Virus record (IMG/VR): IMGVR_UViG_3300022562_002256
Span: 96,001 to 160,000 of that record
Origin: a virus
Direction: 5' to 3' (one strand)
Length of the DNA stretch: 64,000 nt
Shown: positions 37,221 through 45,237 of the stretch, piece after piece
Numbering within the stretch: position 1 is the stretch's first letter
How the letters are laid out: every line of letters starts with the position of its first letter
Translations under genes and position numbers: made by a program
Notes under the pieces: model-generated
Told to the model about the DNA's origin: nothing
The model's database searches: none
What the model saw: the letters and a program-made list of their open reading frames with translations, nothing else

Positions 37221-37703
37221 TCACCTGTGTCGGACCACCTGAAGCAAGGCGTATGCCACCCGACCATCTTGCAGCGCCTTGAGCGCCTCGTCCGTCCACC
37301 ATGCCGACCACATCACAGCCCGTCTCATGACGAGCAGTTCGCGCCACAGGGGATTGCCCATCGGTGGTGCTCGGTCAGGCGGCGGCAAGGGTGGCATACC
37401 GCCAGTCTCGGCGCCGCCCGACGAGTGGTACTCATCCATCGCTTTTTCGTGCTCCCATGCCGCGACCACTCGCGCCGTGGCCTGGACCACAAGGTCGTGG
37501 TCGCCGAGTTGCAGCAGCCTCTCTCGGGCCTTGACGCGACGCAGGGCGACTCGTACCTCATCAGGCAGCTCGAGCCACGCTCGCCGCGCGTCAAGCCGCC
37601 CAGGAACGCCGCGCCACTGCGCGACGAGTCGGCGCCACCACGATGCCCGGGGAGGCCGGCGCCGGGTTTGCGGGGATGGCTGTGTGCGGTAGACGCGGGT
37701 CAC
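37221..37703 (-). CDS. hypothetical protein
   Basis: GTGA coupling. Confidence 0.5.
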   Translation of the reverse strand: MTRVYRTQPSPQTRRRPPRASWWRRLVAQWRGVPGRLDARRAWLELPDEVRVALRRVKARERLLQLGDHDLVVQATARVVAAWEHEKAMDEYHSSGGAETGGMPPLPPPDRAPPMGNPLWRELLVMRRAVMWSAWWTDEALKALQDGRVAYALLQVVRHR

Positions 37704-38245
37704 CGCGCCCCCCTCACCGCAAACCCTAGCCGAATCCGCTCCTCGGTGGTCATCGCCCACCGCACCAAGTTGTCGAGCGAGTCCGCGAAATCTGAGTCGC
37801 CATGCGCGCGACAGCCCCACCCGGTGTAGTCGCACCTGGCCCGCACCATGACGTAGCGGCCGTCCTTGAGCAACAGAGCGGCGATCCAAGAAGCATCTTC
37901 CTTCCGGTCTTCGGCGGCACATTCGGCGACATACCATTCATCACCATACCCTTCGTCGGCCGCAATCACCCGCTCGATGTCTGCCACGTCGAAGGGCACA
38001 ACCGAACCAGCGTACCCCTCCGACGGCCGAGTCTGGAACACCGTCGCCCGGGTGGCCCAGTCGTATCGCCACAGCGCCTCCGACAGCGCCGATGCCCAAT
38101 CTCCCGACTCGAAGTCAGCCGGTGATACCTCAGGGATCGGCGCTCCCCAACACGTGTGGCATGGGACCGCCTCGGTGTTCATCCCGCACCCGCCGACGTC
38201 CTCGTCGCTGTACCCGCGCCCCTTGCATTCCCCGCACGCCTTCAC
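37700..38245 (-). CDS. conserved phage protein with N-terminal CxxC-CxxC
   Basis: FDVADIERVIAADEG...LKDGRY...CDYTGWGC. Confidence 0.65.
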   Translation of the reverse strand: MKACGECKGRGYSDEDVGGCGMNTEAVPCHTCWGAPIPEVSPADFESGDWASALSEALWRYDWATRATVFQTRPSEGYAGSVVPFDVADIERVIAADEGYGDEWYVAECAAEDRKEDASWIAALLLKDGRYVMVRARCDYTGWGCRAHGDSDFADSLDNLVRWAMTTEERIRLGFAVRGAR

Positions 38246-38847
38246 GACACCACCCCGTAGCGCAGGATGCGCGCAATGCCGTCGGCGATGTATGTGTCGC
38301 ACGTAGGACACCAGTGCTCTTGGCCCGAACACGGCTCGAGGTAGTCGCCGTCGCACCCATCGAGGCAAGCACCCGGGTCGTGAAGCAAAATCGCCGCCAC
38401 GGCGAGCTCGCGCCGCCTGCGCATGAGCAAGCGCCCGAGCATGTTTTCGCCCGGCGCGGCGCAGTCGGTCCGGGCTCCGCACCGGCAGTCACCCCAAAAG
38501 TTGTCATGCCAGTCGTTGCCCTCGACGAGGATCTGATCTCCTGTGGCGATCAGGCGCTGCGCGAGCGGCGAGCCTTGCTCGAACTTCGAGCGCAGGCAGT
38601 CGCGCATCACACCGACCTTGACCGCTTCCCAGTCGTGGCGGAGCGGGAGCTTTCGCCCCTCGCGCTTGGCTTGTCCAGCGTTGAGGCTGCCGTAGCCGAC
38701 CATGAATGGCTGCCTGAGCCTTGCCACAAGCGTCTTGGCCGCCTGAAAGGCGTGCTCCACGCTGGGGTACTCTGCCCCCTCGAAAAACACACCGGTCTTG
38801 ACGAAGTTCGACAAGAAGGCGTTGTCGCCCCGAAACGACTCGATCAT
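38242..38847 (-). CDS. NADAR (YbiA/DUF1768) family protein with C-terminal Cys module
   Basis: FLSNF...YPSVEHAFQAAK...LVEGNDWHDNFWG...GENMLGRLLM. Confidence 0.88.
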   Translation of the reverse strand: MIESFRGDNAFLSNFVKTGVFFEGAEYPSVEHAFQAAKTLVARLRQPFMVGYGSLNAGQAKREGRKLPLRHDWEAVKVGVMRDCLRSKFEQGSPLAQRLIATGDQILVEGNDWHDNFWGDCRCGARTDCAAPGENMLGRLLMRRRRELAVAAILLHDPGACLDGCDGDYLEPCSGQEHWCPTCDTYIADGIARILRYGVVS

Positions 38848-38854
38848 GTTCCAC

Positions 38855-39115
38855 CTACGCGCAATCATCCCCATGGCCCGAGCCCGGTTCCGTCGAGTCC
38901 TCCGGCGACCCGCCGTTTGCCCCCGCATACGCCTTATTCAAGGCGTATGCTCGCTCATACTCGGGGTGCCCGGGACCGTATCCCGCTGGCTGATCGACGT
39001 GGGGCTTTTCACAGCGGCACCAGACAAAGTGACCGGCGATCCCACACGGGTCGCCAGCAGGATACGGGTTCGGGGGGCCGACGACACGAGCCATGGGCAC
39101 AACAAATTTGGTCAC
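38855..39115 (-). CDS. small hypothetical protein
   Basis: GAGGTG RBS downstream of a sigma-54 promoter. Confidence 0.5.
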   Translation of the reverse strand: MTKFVVPMARVVGPPNPYPAGDPCGIAGHFVWCRCEKPHVDQPAGYGPGHPEYERAYALNKAYAGANGGSPEDSTEPGSGHGDDCA

Positions 39116-39138
39116 GGTATCACCTCAGCCTCGTTCCA

Positions 39139-39154
39139 TGCACAAACCGTGCCG
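39139..39154 (-). promoter_or_regulatory. sigma-54 promoter (leadered)
   Basis: CGGCACGGTTTGTGCA; RBS in a 24-nt spacer. Confidence 0.7.
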
Positions 39155-39172
39155 CGACGGGGACAACGCCCC

Positions 39173-39188
39173 CGGCACGGCCGTTGCA
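39173..39188 (+). promoter_or_regulatory. sigma-54 promoter
   Basis: CGGCACGGCCGTTGCA; 13 nt to ATG 39201. Confidence 0.8.
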
Positions 39189-39200
39189 CGCTCCCGGGGC

Positions 39201-40019
39201 ATGACCACCGACACTCTCGCCGTCCGCGCCACCGCCCGAGAGCTCGTCGCCGTGTTTCAGGAGGCTGCCGCCACCGTGCGCACGTGTTTCGGCGCGCTGC
39301 ATGCGGCTGAGGCGCGCCTCGCCGCCGCCTTCTCGATGGCGGATGGGTACGCGCGCATCCGGATCCCAGCGACCCGGTGCCACCACTCGGCCGAGTTCGA
39401 CCGGGCTGAAGAGTCCATCGCCGAGATGGCCCGGGACGCGTGGCGCGCCATCGTCGACCGACTCGACCTGCGCCGCCTGCTGTCCGTGGCACGCTATGAG
39501 CAACTCCAGACCGAGTTGGAGAAGGGGGCGCTCCCCGAGCTGACCGAGGACGCTGTGGTCGCCTTCGTACGGCGCTACGTCGACCAGATCGAGGAGATGC
39601 ACGACGAGGCTGTGGCCGAGGTGTTCGAGTTCCTGCGCCCCCGAAGTCTCGGGATGAAGCGCCTCAAGACCAACTCCGAGCTCGAGGTGCCAGCCAAGGT
39701 CATCCTGCGGTTGGTGGCGCGAGGTCCCATGGGGTACTGGCGGCTGCGTTATTGGAAGGTGGCACAAAACCTCATCGCCCTGGAAAACGTCCTCCACGCG
39801 CTTGATGGTCGTGGCATGGTGGCATCCAGCAGTCGGAGCGCCCTACAAACCGCGATCGAGGAGACCACAACGGGGACCGGGGAGACCGACCTGTTCTCGT
39901 TTCGGTGCTGCGAGAACGGGAACCTTCACTTGCGCTTCAAGCGACTCGACCTGCTCGCCCGGCTCAATGCAAAGGCGGGCGGCAAGCGGCTTCGGCCGCC
40001 GACAGCGCCCTGTGCGTAA
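39201..40019 (+). CDS. DUF4942 domain protein (stand-alone)
   Basis: VFEFLRP...KTNS...KVIL...ETDLFSFRCCENGNLHLRFKRLDLLARLN. Confidence 0.75.
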   Translation: MTTDTLAVRATARELVAVFQEAAATVRTCFGALHAAEARLAAAFSMADGYARIRIPATRCHHSAEFDRAEESIAEMARDAWRAIVDRLDLRRLLSVARYEQLQTELEKGALPELTEDAVVAFVRRYVDQIEEMHDEAVAEVFEFLRPRSLGMKRLKTNSELEVPAKVILRLVARGPMGYWRLRYWKVAQNLIALENVLHALDGRGMVASSSRSALQTAIEETTTGTGETDLFSFRCCENGNLHLRFKRLDLLARLNAKAGGKRLRPPTAPCA

Positions 40020-40066
40020 ATCGTGCGCCTTCCGCCGCAGAATTTGCCGCGGCGGCCGTTGGCAAG

Positions 40067-40828
40067 TCATGCCTCTGCACCGATCCGCACGACCGGCACC
40101 ACGCACCGGGTCCGGGTCGCCTGGTGCCAATAGGGGGCGCGTGTCCCGTCCACACGCTCACACCACGACCCCGGTGCGAGCATGGCCGGGTCTGATATAC
40201 CTCCGTCGCGCACCAAAGGGAGCGACCGCTGCGGCGCCCCCTTCCACACCAGCGATCGGTCGGCGTCGAGCCGCGTGAACTCGTACCCAAGCACCGTCCC
40301 CAGCCCACGGTTGTGGTCCCGGCCGAGCCCGCCGATGAAGTCGAGCAGCGTGGCGACCTTGCCACGGTCGCCGAGCAGCGCGAAGTCCAGGTAGGGCGTG
40401 GTCAGCGTGGCCACGGGAATATTCAGGCTTTTCCCCCAGCCCCCCGAGATGCCCAACCGCTCGATCGCGTAGTGTTCCGCTCGCGCGCGCTTGCGGCGCC
40501 ACCGTTTCGACTCGACGGCGCACCGTGCTGGCCAGCCCCACGACGCGTGCGCGATCGGCCAGCCCCCGATCACCGAGTCCGCCACGGGGATCGGGATGTC
40601 GATCTTCGGCGTGCCGGCCGGAATCTCGGCGAACACGTCGTCGGGCAGCCGGCCGGTGGCGTCAAGCACCACGGCGAATTGGATGGCGCCGTCGATGGTG
40701 ATTGCGTCCCGTCCATCCCACGCAACCGGCGACGCCAGCCACACGCGCACCCGGAACGGCTCGACTCGGCTACAGCCCCACCGCGCGCGAGATCGGGTCA
40801 CCCACGGGGGTTCGACCCAGCCGATCAC
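40067..40828 (-). CDS. csf3: type IV CRISPR-associated Csf3 (Cas5 family)
   Basis: FRVRVWLASP...ITIDGAI...GGWGKSLNIP...LGDRGKVATLL..IGGLGRDHNRGLGTV...RSLP...PYW; GTGA-coupled to csf2. Confidence 0.8.
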   Translation of the reverse strand: MIGWVEPPWVTRSRARWGCSRVEPFRVRVWLASPVAWDGRDAITIDGAIQFAVVLDATGRLPDDVFAEIPAGTPKIDIPIPVADSVIGGWPIAHASWGWPARCAVESKRWRRKRARAEHYAIERLGISGGWGKSLNIPVATLTTPYLDFALLGDRGKVATLLDFIGGLGRDHNRGLGTVLGYEFTRLDADRSLVWKGAPQRSLPLVRDGGISDPAMLAPGSWCERVDGTRAPYWHQATRTRCVVPVVRIGAEA

Positions 40829-42384
40829 GACGCGGCACCCCCGTCGCCCTCGCGCCCGCTGCGGCGTCGTCGACCGGCCTTTACGGGCCCCTTGGCGGCG
40901 GGTGGGGCTACCCCCGCGTCGCGCCCGGTCGGCGCGGTTTTGGCGGCACTCTGGCGCCGGCCTGGCCGGTCCTCGAGCAACCACGCGCGCAGCTCATCCC
41001 GGTGTTCCGCCACCCACGCCTGGTACACGGTCGGTGGCGGCAGCGGTGGTGCACTCCCGCCCGGGACATAAGCGACGAACCCCACCGCACCGAGCCCCCG
41101 GGCGTTCGCGGCGCCGACAAACCCGTCCTGCTGGAATTCTACGAGCAGATCGGCCATGCACGCCCCGGCCACCTCGCTCACGCCGTCCAGGCCGATGAGC
41201 TGAAATCTGTGCACCAACTGCACACCGGGGATGAGCACCTCCGTGTTGACCAGCATCTGCACGCCCTTGCAGTCCTCGATGTCCCGGTGGGCGTGGTGCG
41301 TCAGAAGTCTGAGTTGCGTGAGTGTGTCGGCCGGCTTCAGCGACGCCGTGAATTCGGGCAGCGTCATCGCGGCGCCATCGCGCGTCTTGGGCTGCAAGAG
41401 CGCATGCACCATCCACGCGTTCTCGCGGCACAGCAGGATCACGTCATGCACCCGGAGCAGCCCTCGCATGATCTGCCCATCAACAACCCCCGCGAACAAG
41501 TCCCACGCGGGGCATACCGCGCGAGCACGCCGCCGAACCGCCACGTCCACCGCATCGCCGTCCGCCCCCGCCTCAATGGTTCCGCCCGACAGCAGCGCGT
41601 GGGCCCGGGGCGCCGGCAAGTCCTGTGCGGTCAACCCGACAAGCTGCAGCATGCGCCCCATGATGATGTCACGCCAGCATCCGCGGACCGCGTTGCCCGA
41701 CACCAGCGGCACGATCGCGATCTCGCCTGTAACGGGTGACACCACGCGCTGTCGCCGAAACATGGTCACGTTGCCGCTCTTCTCGTCGTGACCATGAGCC
41801 ATGGGGGCGACCAGCGTCCACACGGCGGTGTATGCCCGGGGTGTGAGCAGGTCACCTGGCACCTCTGCGGTCCACGTCTCGGCACTGGCGGAGGCATCGG
41901 CCCACGGGGTGAACAACGCCTCCTCTCCGTCGACCGGCGGCGCCGTTGCGAAGGTGGCGAACAGCGCGGGGCTCTCCGTCACCGCAAGCCGGAGCGCATC
42001 GAAATCAATCGCTTTGCACACCGCTGTCCAGGAGACGGCTGCCGTGGTCTCGTCCGCCTCGGGATGCTCAATCTCCAGCACGCCCGCCGGCACGAGCAAC
42101 CGCGGGATGAGCACGTACACCGGCCGGGCCGTGATCTCCTTGCCTTCGTCGTTCTCAAAAGTCCCGCCCGTCTCATTTATGCTGAACCGCTGGCACAGCA
42201 TCCGGGTGAACTCAAGCGTCGACCGCGCGCTGGTCACCATGGGCACAAGGGCGTCGCGTAGTTCCTCGCTGATGTTGCGGCGGCGCCGCCGAGGAATGCC
42301 CTCCCAATCGACGCGGCGCCACAGTGCCCGGAGCAGGTAGGCCATGAGTGCGGTCGCGGCATGAATCGCAGGCGGTGTCGTCAT
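40825..42384 (-). CDS. csf2: type IV Csf2 (Cas7 family) with an N-terminal helical, probably Cas11-like, domain
   Basis: TLVAPMAHG, VPLVSGNAVRG..RD, LLSGG, PAWDLFAG, EVLIPG, VGAANARGLG; true ATG at 42384 with GAGGA RBS. Confidence 0.85.
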   Translation of the reverse strand: MTTPPAIHAATALMAYLLRALWRRVDWEGIPRRRRRNISEELRDALVPMVTSARSTLEFTRMLCQRFSINETGGTFENDEGKEITARPVYVLIPRLLVPAGVLEIEHPEADETTAAVSWTAVCKAIDFDALRLAVTESPALFATFATAPPVDGEEALFTPWADASASAETWTAEVPGDLLTPRAYTAVWTLVAPMAHGHDEKSGNVTMFRRQRVVSPVTGEIAIVPLVSGNAVRGCWRDIIMGRMLQLVGLTAQDLPAPRAHALLSGGTIEAGADGDAVDVAVRRRARAVCPAWDLFAGVVDGQIMRGLLRVHDVILLCRENAWMVHALLQPKTRDGAAMTLPEFTASLKPADTLTQLRLLTHHAHRDIEDCKGVQMLVNTEVLIPGVQLVHRFQLIGLDGVSEVAGACMADLLVEFQQDGFVGAANARGLGAVGFVAYVPGGSAPPLPPPTVYQAWVAEHRDELRAWLLEDRPGRRQSAAKTAPTGRDAGVAPPAAKGPVKAGRRRRSGREGDGGAAS

Positions 42385-42440
42385 TCGGTCGTGTCCTCTT
42401 CGTTCTGTCCGTGTTTCGTGGCGAGGTCGACCCGCCGCTT

Positions 42441-42455
42441 CTATTGTAACACATC
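42441..42455 (-). promoter_or_regulatory. extended -10 sigma-70-type promoter for csf2-csf3
   Basis: TGtTACAAT about 60 nt upstream of the csf2 ATG. Confidence 0.5.
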
Positions 42456-42491
42456 CCGCGACGGGTGTGAGGCGGCTGCACACCGGCGCGA

Positions 42492-42507
42492 TGGCACGAT
42501 GCATGCA
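42492..42507 (+). promoter_or_regulatory. sigma-54 promoter (leadered, G11 tract in leader)
   Basis: TGGCACGATGCATGCA, then G11 and GGAGG before ATG 42545. Confidence 0.7.
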
Positions 42508-42544
42508 TGTGGATGCGCCCGGGGGGGGGGGAGGACCAACCGCG

Positions 42545-42775
42545 ATGAGACGACGTGTCATTGTCGACCCGTACACGCCCGGTAGACACGTCAATGCGAT
42601 GACCATCGACGATGACACGGGCAAGCGAATTTTCGTCTTCCCCCGCCCCGGCAGCGTGGTCGTAGGTGTCTGTGAGCGCAAGAAGGCAGCGAGCGTTCTC
42701 CTACGAGTCGAGGAGGTTGACGACCTCCTCGCCGCCCTGCGTGACGCGAGCGCCGTGGCAGGAGGCAAACCGTGA
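42545..42775 (+). CDS. small hypothetical protein
   Basis: GGAGG RBS; 76 aa. Confidence 0.55.
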   Translation: MRRRVIVDPYTPGRHVNAMTIDDDTGKRIFVFPRPGSVVVGVCERKKAASVLLRVEEVDDLLAALRDASAVAGGKP

Positions 42776-42919
42776 CGCGCGCGAGGGTCGCCGTCCCTGA
42801 CGCGCTGGGACGCCAACGATGGTAAGCGTCTTCTAGACGGGCAGTCCGTCGCGTGGACAGCAAAACCATGGGTCTGGGCGCTGACATACTCGGTGGTCCG
42901 ATGACGTCGGATGCGGGGC

Positions 42920-43879
42920 ATGGCTGACCGCTCCCGGTTCGAGTCGACGTGCCCGTGCCCCGCGTGCGGCGGGTGCGCATGCCGGTGGCTGCTGCGTATG
43001 CCCGCTACCGTGTGCCAGTCTGTGCCACGATGTGCCTGCTCACGAGGGTTGGCTGCCGACGAGCCTGTCCTGTGGCCCACCGACGTCGCTGCGTGGGCCC
43101 GGTGGATGGCCGCGGCCCGCATCCATGCCCGCTCGGTGGCTCACCGCCGCGTTGTCGAGCAGGCACGGCGGGCGGTGGACCAGGCGCTTGTCGGCGCGTC
43201 GACGGCATGCGTGATGGTGAGCGCAGGAAAGGACTCGACCATCCTCGCGCACGTGGTGACGGCGTTGATGGGGCGGCACGACGTGACGTTGGTGTCCGAA
43301 AAAGATGACCTCGACTACCCGGGGGAGGAGGAGTACCTGCGGCTCCTCGCCGCGGAGTGGGGGGCAACGCTCCGCGTCGTACGGCCGCGCGTATCTCCAG
43401 CCGAATGGATTCGATCGCGAGGAGCCACACGCGCTCACCGGGCCGCGGATGACATCCACTCACGCGCGGCTGGGCTGAGCAAGGCGTGCTTTTATCGCGT
43501 GGTCGAGGCGGTCAACGCCGAGTACGATGTCGTGATGCTCGGTCTCCGTGCGCAGGAGAGCACGGTTCGACGAATCGTAAGGCACAGGCGGGGGCTGGTC
43601 TACACGCTCGCGTCGGGGCAGCGCCGGGCCAACCCGCTGTTCGATTGGCGAGGGCTTGACCTCTACGCCTACGCCGAGAGCCACAGCATCCCCCTGCTGC
43701 CGCTCTATCGGTGCATCGCGTTCATGCACGAGCGCCGGCCGTGGGACGTGCGTAAGGCGTGGTGGCTCCCCGGGGGCCATTCTACACGCAACGGCGGAGT
43801 CGCGTGGCTCAAGCACTACTTCCCCACACTGTATGATCAACTTTGCGAATGGATCCCAGGCGCGCCCGCCTATCGGTGA
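42920..43879 (+). CDS. CysH-like PAPS-reductase-family protein of the type IV-B-associated kind
   Basis: VMVSAGKDS, EKDDLDYPG, VMLGLRAQES..R, NPLFDW, YRC; Cys-rich N-terminus; adjacent to csf2/csf3. Confidence 0.8.
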   Translation: MADRSRFESTCPCPACGGCACRWLLRMPATVCQSVPRCACSRGLAADEPVLWPTDVAAWARWMAAARIHARSVAHRRVVEQARRAVDQALVGASTACVMVSAGKDSTILAHVVTALMGRHDVTLVSEKDDLDYPGEEEYLRLLAAEWGATLRVVRPRVSPAEWIRSRGATRAHRAADDIHSRAAGLSKACFYRVVEAVNAEYDVVMLGLRAQESTVRRIVRHRRGLVYTLASGQRRANPLFDWRGLDLYAYAESHSIPLLPLYRCIAFMHERRPWDVRKAWWLPGGHSTRNGGVAWLKHYFPTLYDQLCEWIPGAPAYR

Positions 43880-43967
43880 GTCATCCCCCCTCTTGCGCTG
43901 GCTGTGGGGTGGGTTGCACATCAGTTTATGTGGCGGGTGTGGAGCGGGGGGGTAGGCGGCGCAAGGC

Positions 43968-43992
43968 TTGCGCCGAACCGGCAGAATTTACC
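43968..43992 (+). repeat. family B core palindrome, copy 4
   Basis: CTTGCGCCGAACCGGCAGAATTTACC, about 120 bp upstream of the promoter at 44114. Confidence 0.7.
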
Positions 43993-44113
43993 TGCGCCGA
44001 TCCGGCACGATTTCCCAAACGACACGACACCCACGCGACGCACACGTGGCGTAGCGCACGAAAGTCTTGCGCGCCTATTTGGGCACGCGCGCAAGAAAAC
44101 GAGGGCCGGAGTG

Positions 44114-44129
44114 TGGCACGGGCAATGCA
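44114..44129 (+). promoter_or_regulatory. sigma-54 promoter (followed by only a 17-codon ORF)
   Basis: TGGCACGGGCAATGCA; 14 nt to ATG 44143. Confidence 0.75.
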
Positions 44130-44168
44130 AGAGTGCTTAGGCATGACCACGGCGAATCCATCTTCGCC

Positions 44169-44804
44169 TCACTCGATTGTATCGGCAGAAACTTGACTGT
44201 ATTGGTAGACCACATCGGCAAGATCAAACCGCCACCTTGCCACCATCTTGCGCCCGGGCGCCCCGTGGGTGGGCCACCTTGCTTCTGGCATCCCGGAGTC
44301 GCCTATCACCACCTCGGGCATCACCCACCGCATCCCCGCTGCGAGCACGGCGTCCTCGAGCGCCACCATGTCGTTCGCCCACGCCCGCAACACATCGTTC
44401 GGAAGGCGGTCCCACCGCGTGTCGTACCACACAAACCCGCCTCTTGTCGTACAGTGGACACCCTTCAATCGGAGGGCGTATCGCTCCGCTCGCTCTGACA
44501 TCGGCGTTCTCACGCTTCTGTACCCCAGGGCATCCTGCCCGGCATCGCGCCATGTCGGGCCAGTGGCATCGGCGTCGCCAAGGGCAAGCCACTCATCGGG
44601 TCTCCCAGACCGAACGCCGTGCCACACGCCGTGACCATCCTTATCGACCACGAGCGGGCGCCATTCCTCATTCAACGTCATGTGGGCGTTGCACCTTATC
44701 CGCTCGACGCGAAGCCACTCACACTCGGGCCGGTAGAGGCGCACGTCGGAACGCCCACACACGCTGCACGCGTACCTGTGGTAGTATCGGTTACCGCTGG
44801 TCAT
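44169..44804 (-). CDS. hypothetical protein with N-terminal CxxC
   Basis: YACSVCG...RLYRP...RC; ATGA coupling. Confidence 0.55.
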   Translation of the reverse strand: MTSGNRYYHRYACSVCGRSDVRLYRPECEWLRVERIRCNAHMTLNEEWRPLVVDKDGHGVWHGVRSGRPDEWLALGDADATGPTWRDAGQDALGYRSVRTPMSERAERYALRLKGVHCTTRGGFVWYDTRWDRLPNDVLRAWANDMVALEDAVLAAGMRWVMPEVVIGDSGMPEARWPTHGAPGRKMVARWRFDLADVVYQYSQVSADTIE

Positions 44805-45031
44805 GTCGGCCTCGCCCACCACTCCGTCTTGCACGTTGTGCAGACCAACCACTCCACGACATTGGCACACCGGCGCCACGCGTGGCACACACTGCACCAC
44901 TTTTCCACGACCGTCGTCTCCGTCGCATACAAAGGGGTGCTGATAACCACCCCTTGCATGGTCACAAGATCGACGGGCGCTCCAGTCAAGCGCTCGACGC
45001 GTCGATTCCGTTCTTCCCCGTGGGTGTGCAT
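44801..45031 (-). CDS. small Zn-ribbon protein, near-leaderless
   Basis: CSVC...CTTC; ATG 13 nt after a sigma-54 GC. Confidence 0.6.
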   Translation of the reverse strand: MHTHGEERNRRVERLTGAPVDLVTMQGVVISTPLYATETTVVEKWCSVCHAWRRCANVVEWLVCTTCKTEWWARPT

Positions 45032-45043
45032 GCCAGCCATCAA

Positions 45044-45059
45044 TGCACATACCGTGCCA
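45044..45059 (-). promoter_or_regulatory. sigma-54 promoter
   Basis: TGGCACGGTATGTGCA; 13 nt to ATG. Confidence 0.8.
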
Positions 45060-45237
45060 ACGGTGAGCGGCGGCGTTCTCTTCCGCCGCGGGCTGTGTAG
45101 AACCGCCTTCCACCGCCATAGCCCATCTGTTATGCAATTTGTGCGCGCCGCGGCGGTAATTTTTACGCGCCGACTACTCGGCCTTCTGGGTGCTACGATC
45201 TGCTACCCCTCCGCCGCCCTACGCATCACGACGTAAG

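Noticed and set aside
42385-43122. 246-aa N-terminal extension of the csf2 ORF in the track
   Set aside because: Overlaps divergent genes and promoters; the RBS and extended -10 support ATG 42384
43876-44196. CxxC-containing ORF after cysH as a possible Csf1
   Set aside because: Only ~105 aa, runs through the B palindrome and the sigma-54 promoter, and has no Csf1-like continuation
40020-44200. CRISPR array near csf2/csf3
   Set aside because: Intergenic gaps (40020-40066, 42385-42544, 42776-42919, 43880-44142) show no regularly spaced repeats; cassettes A/B are dispersed, not arrayed
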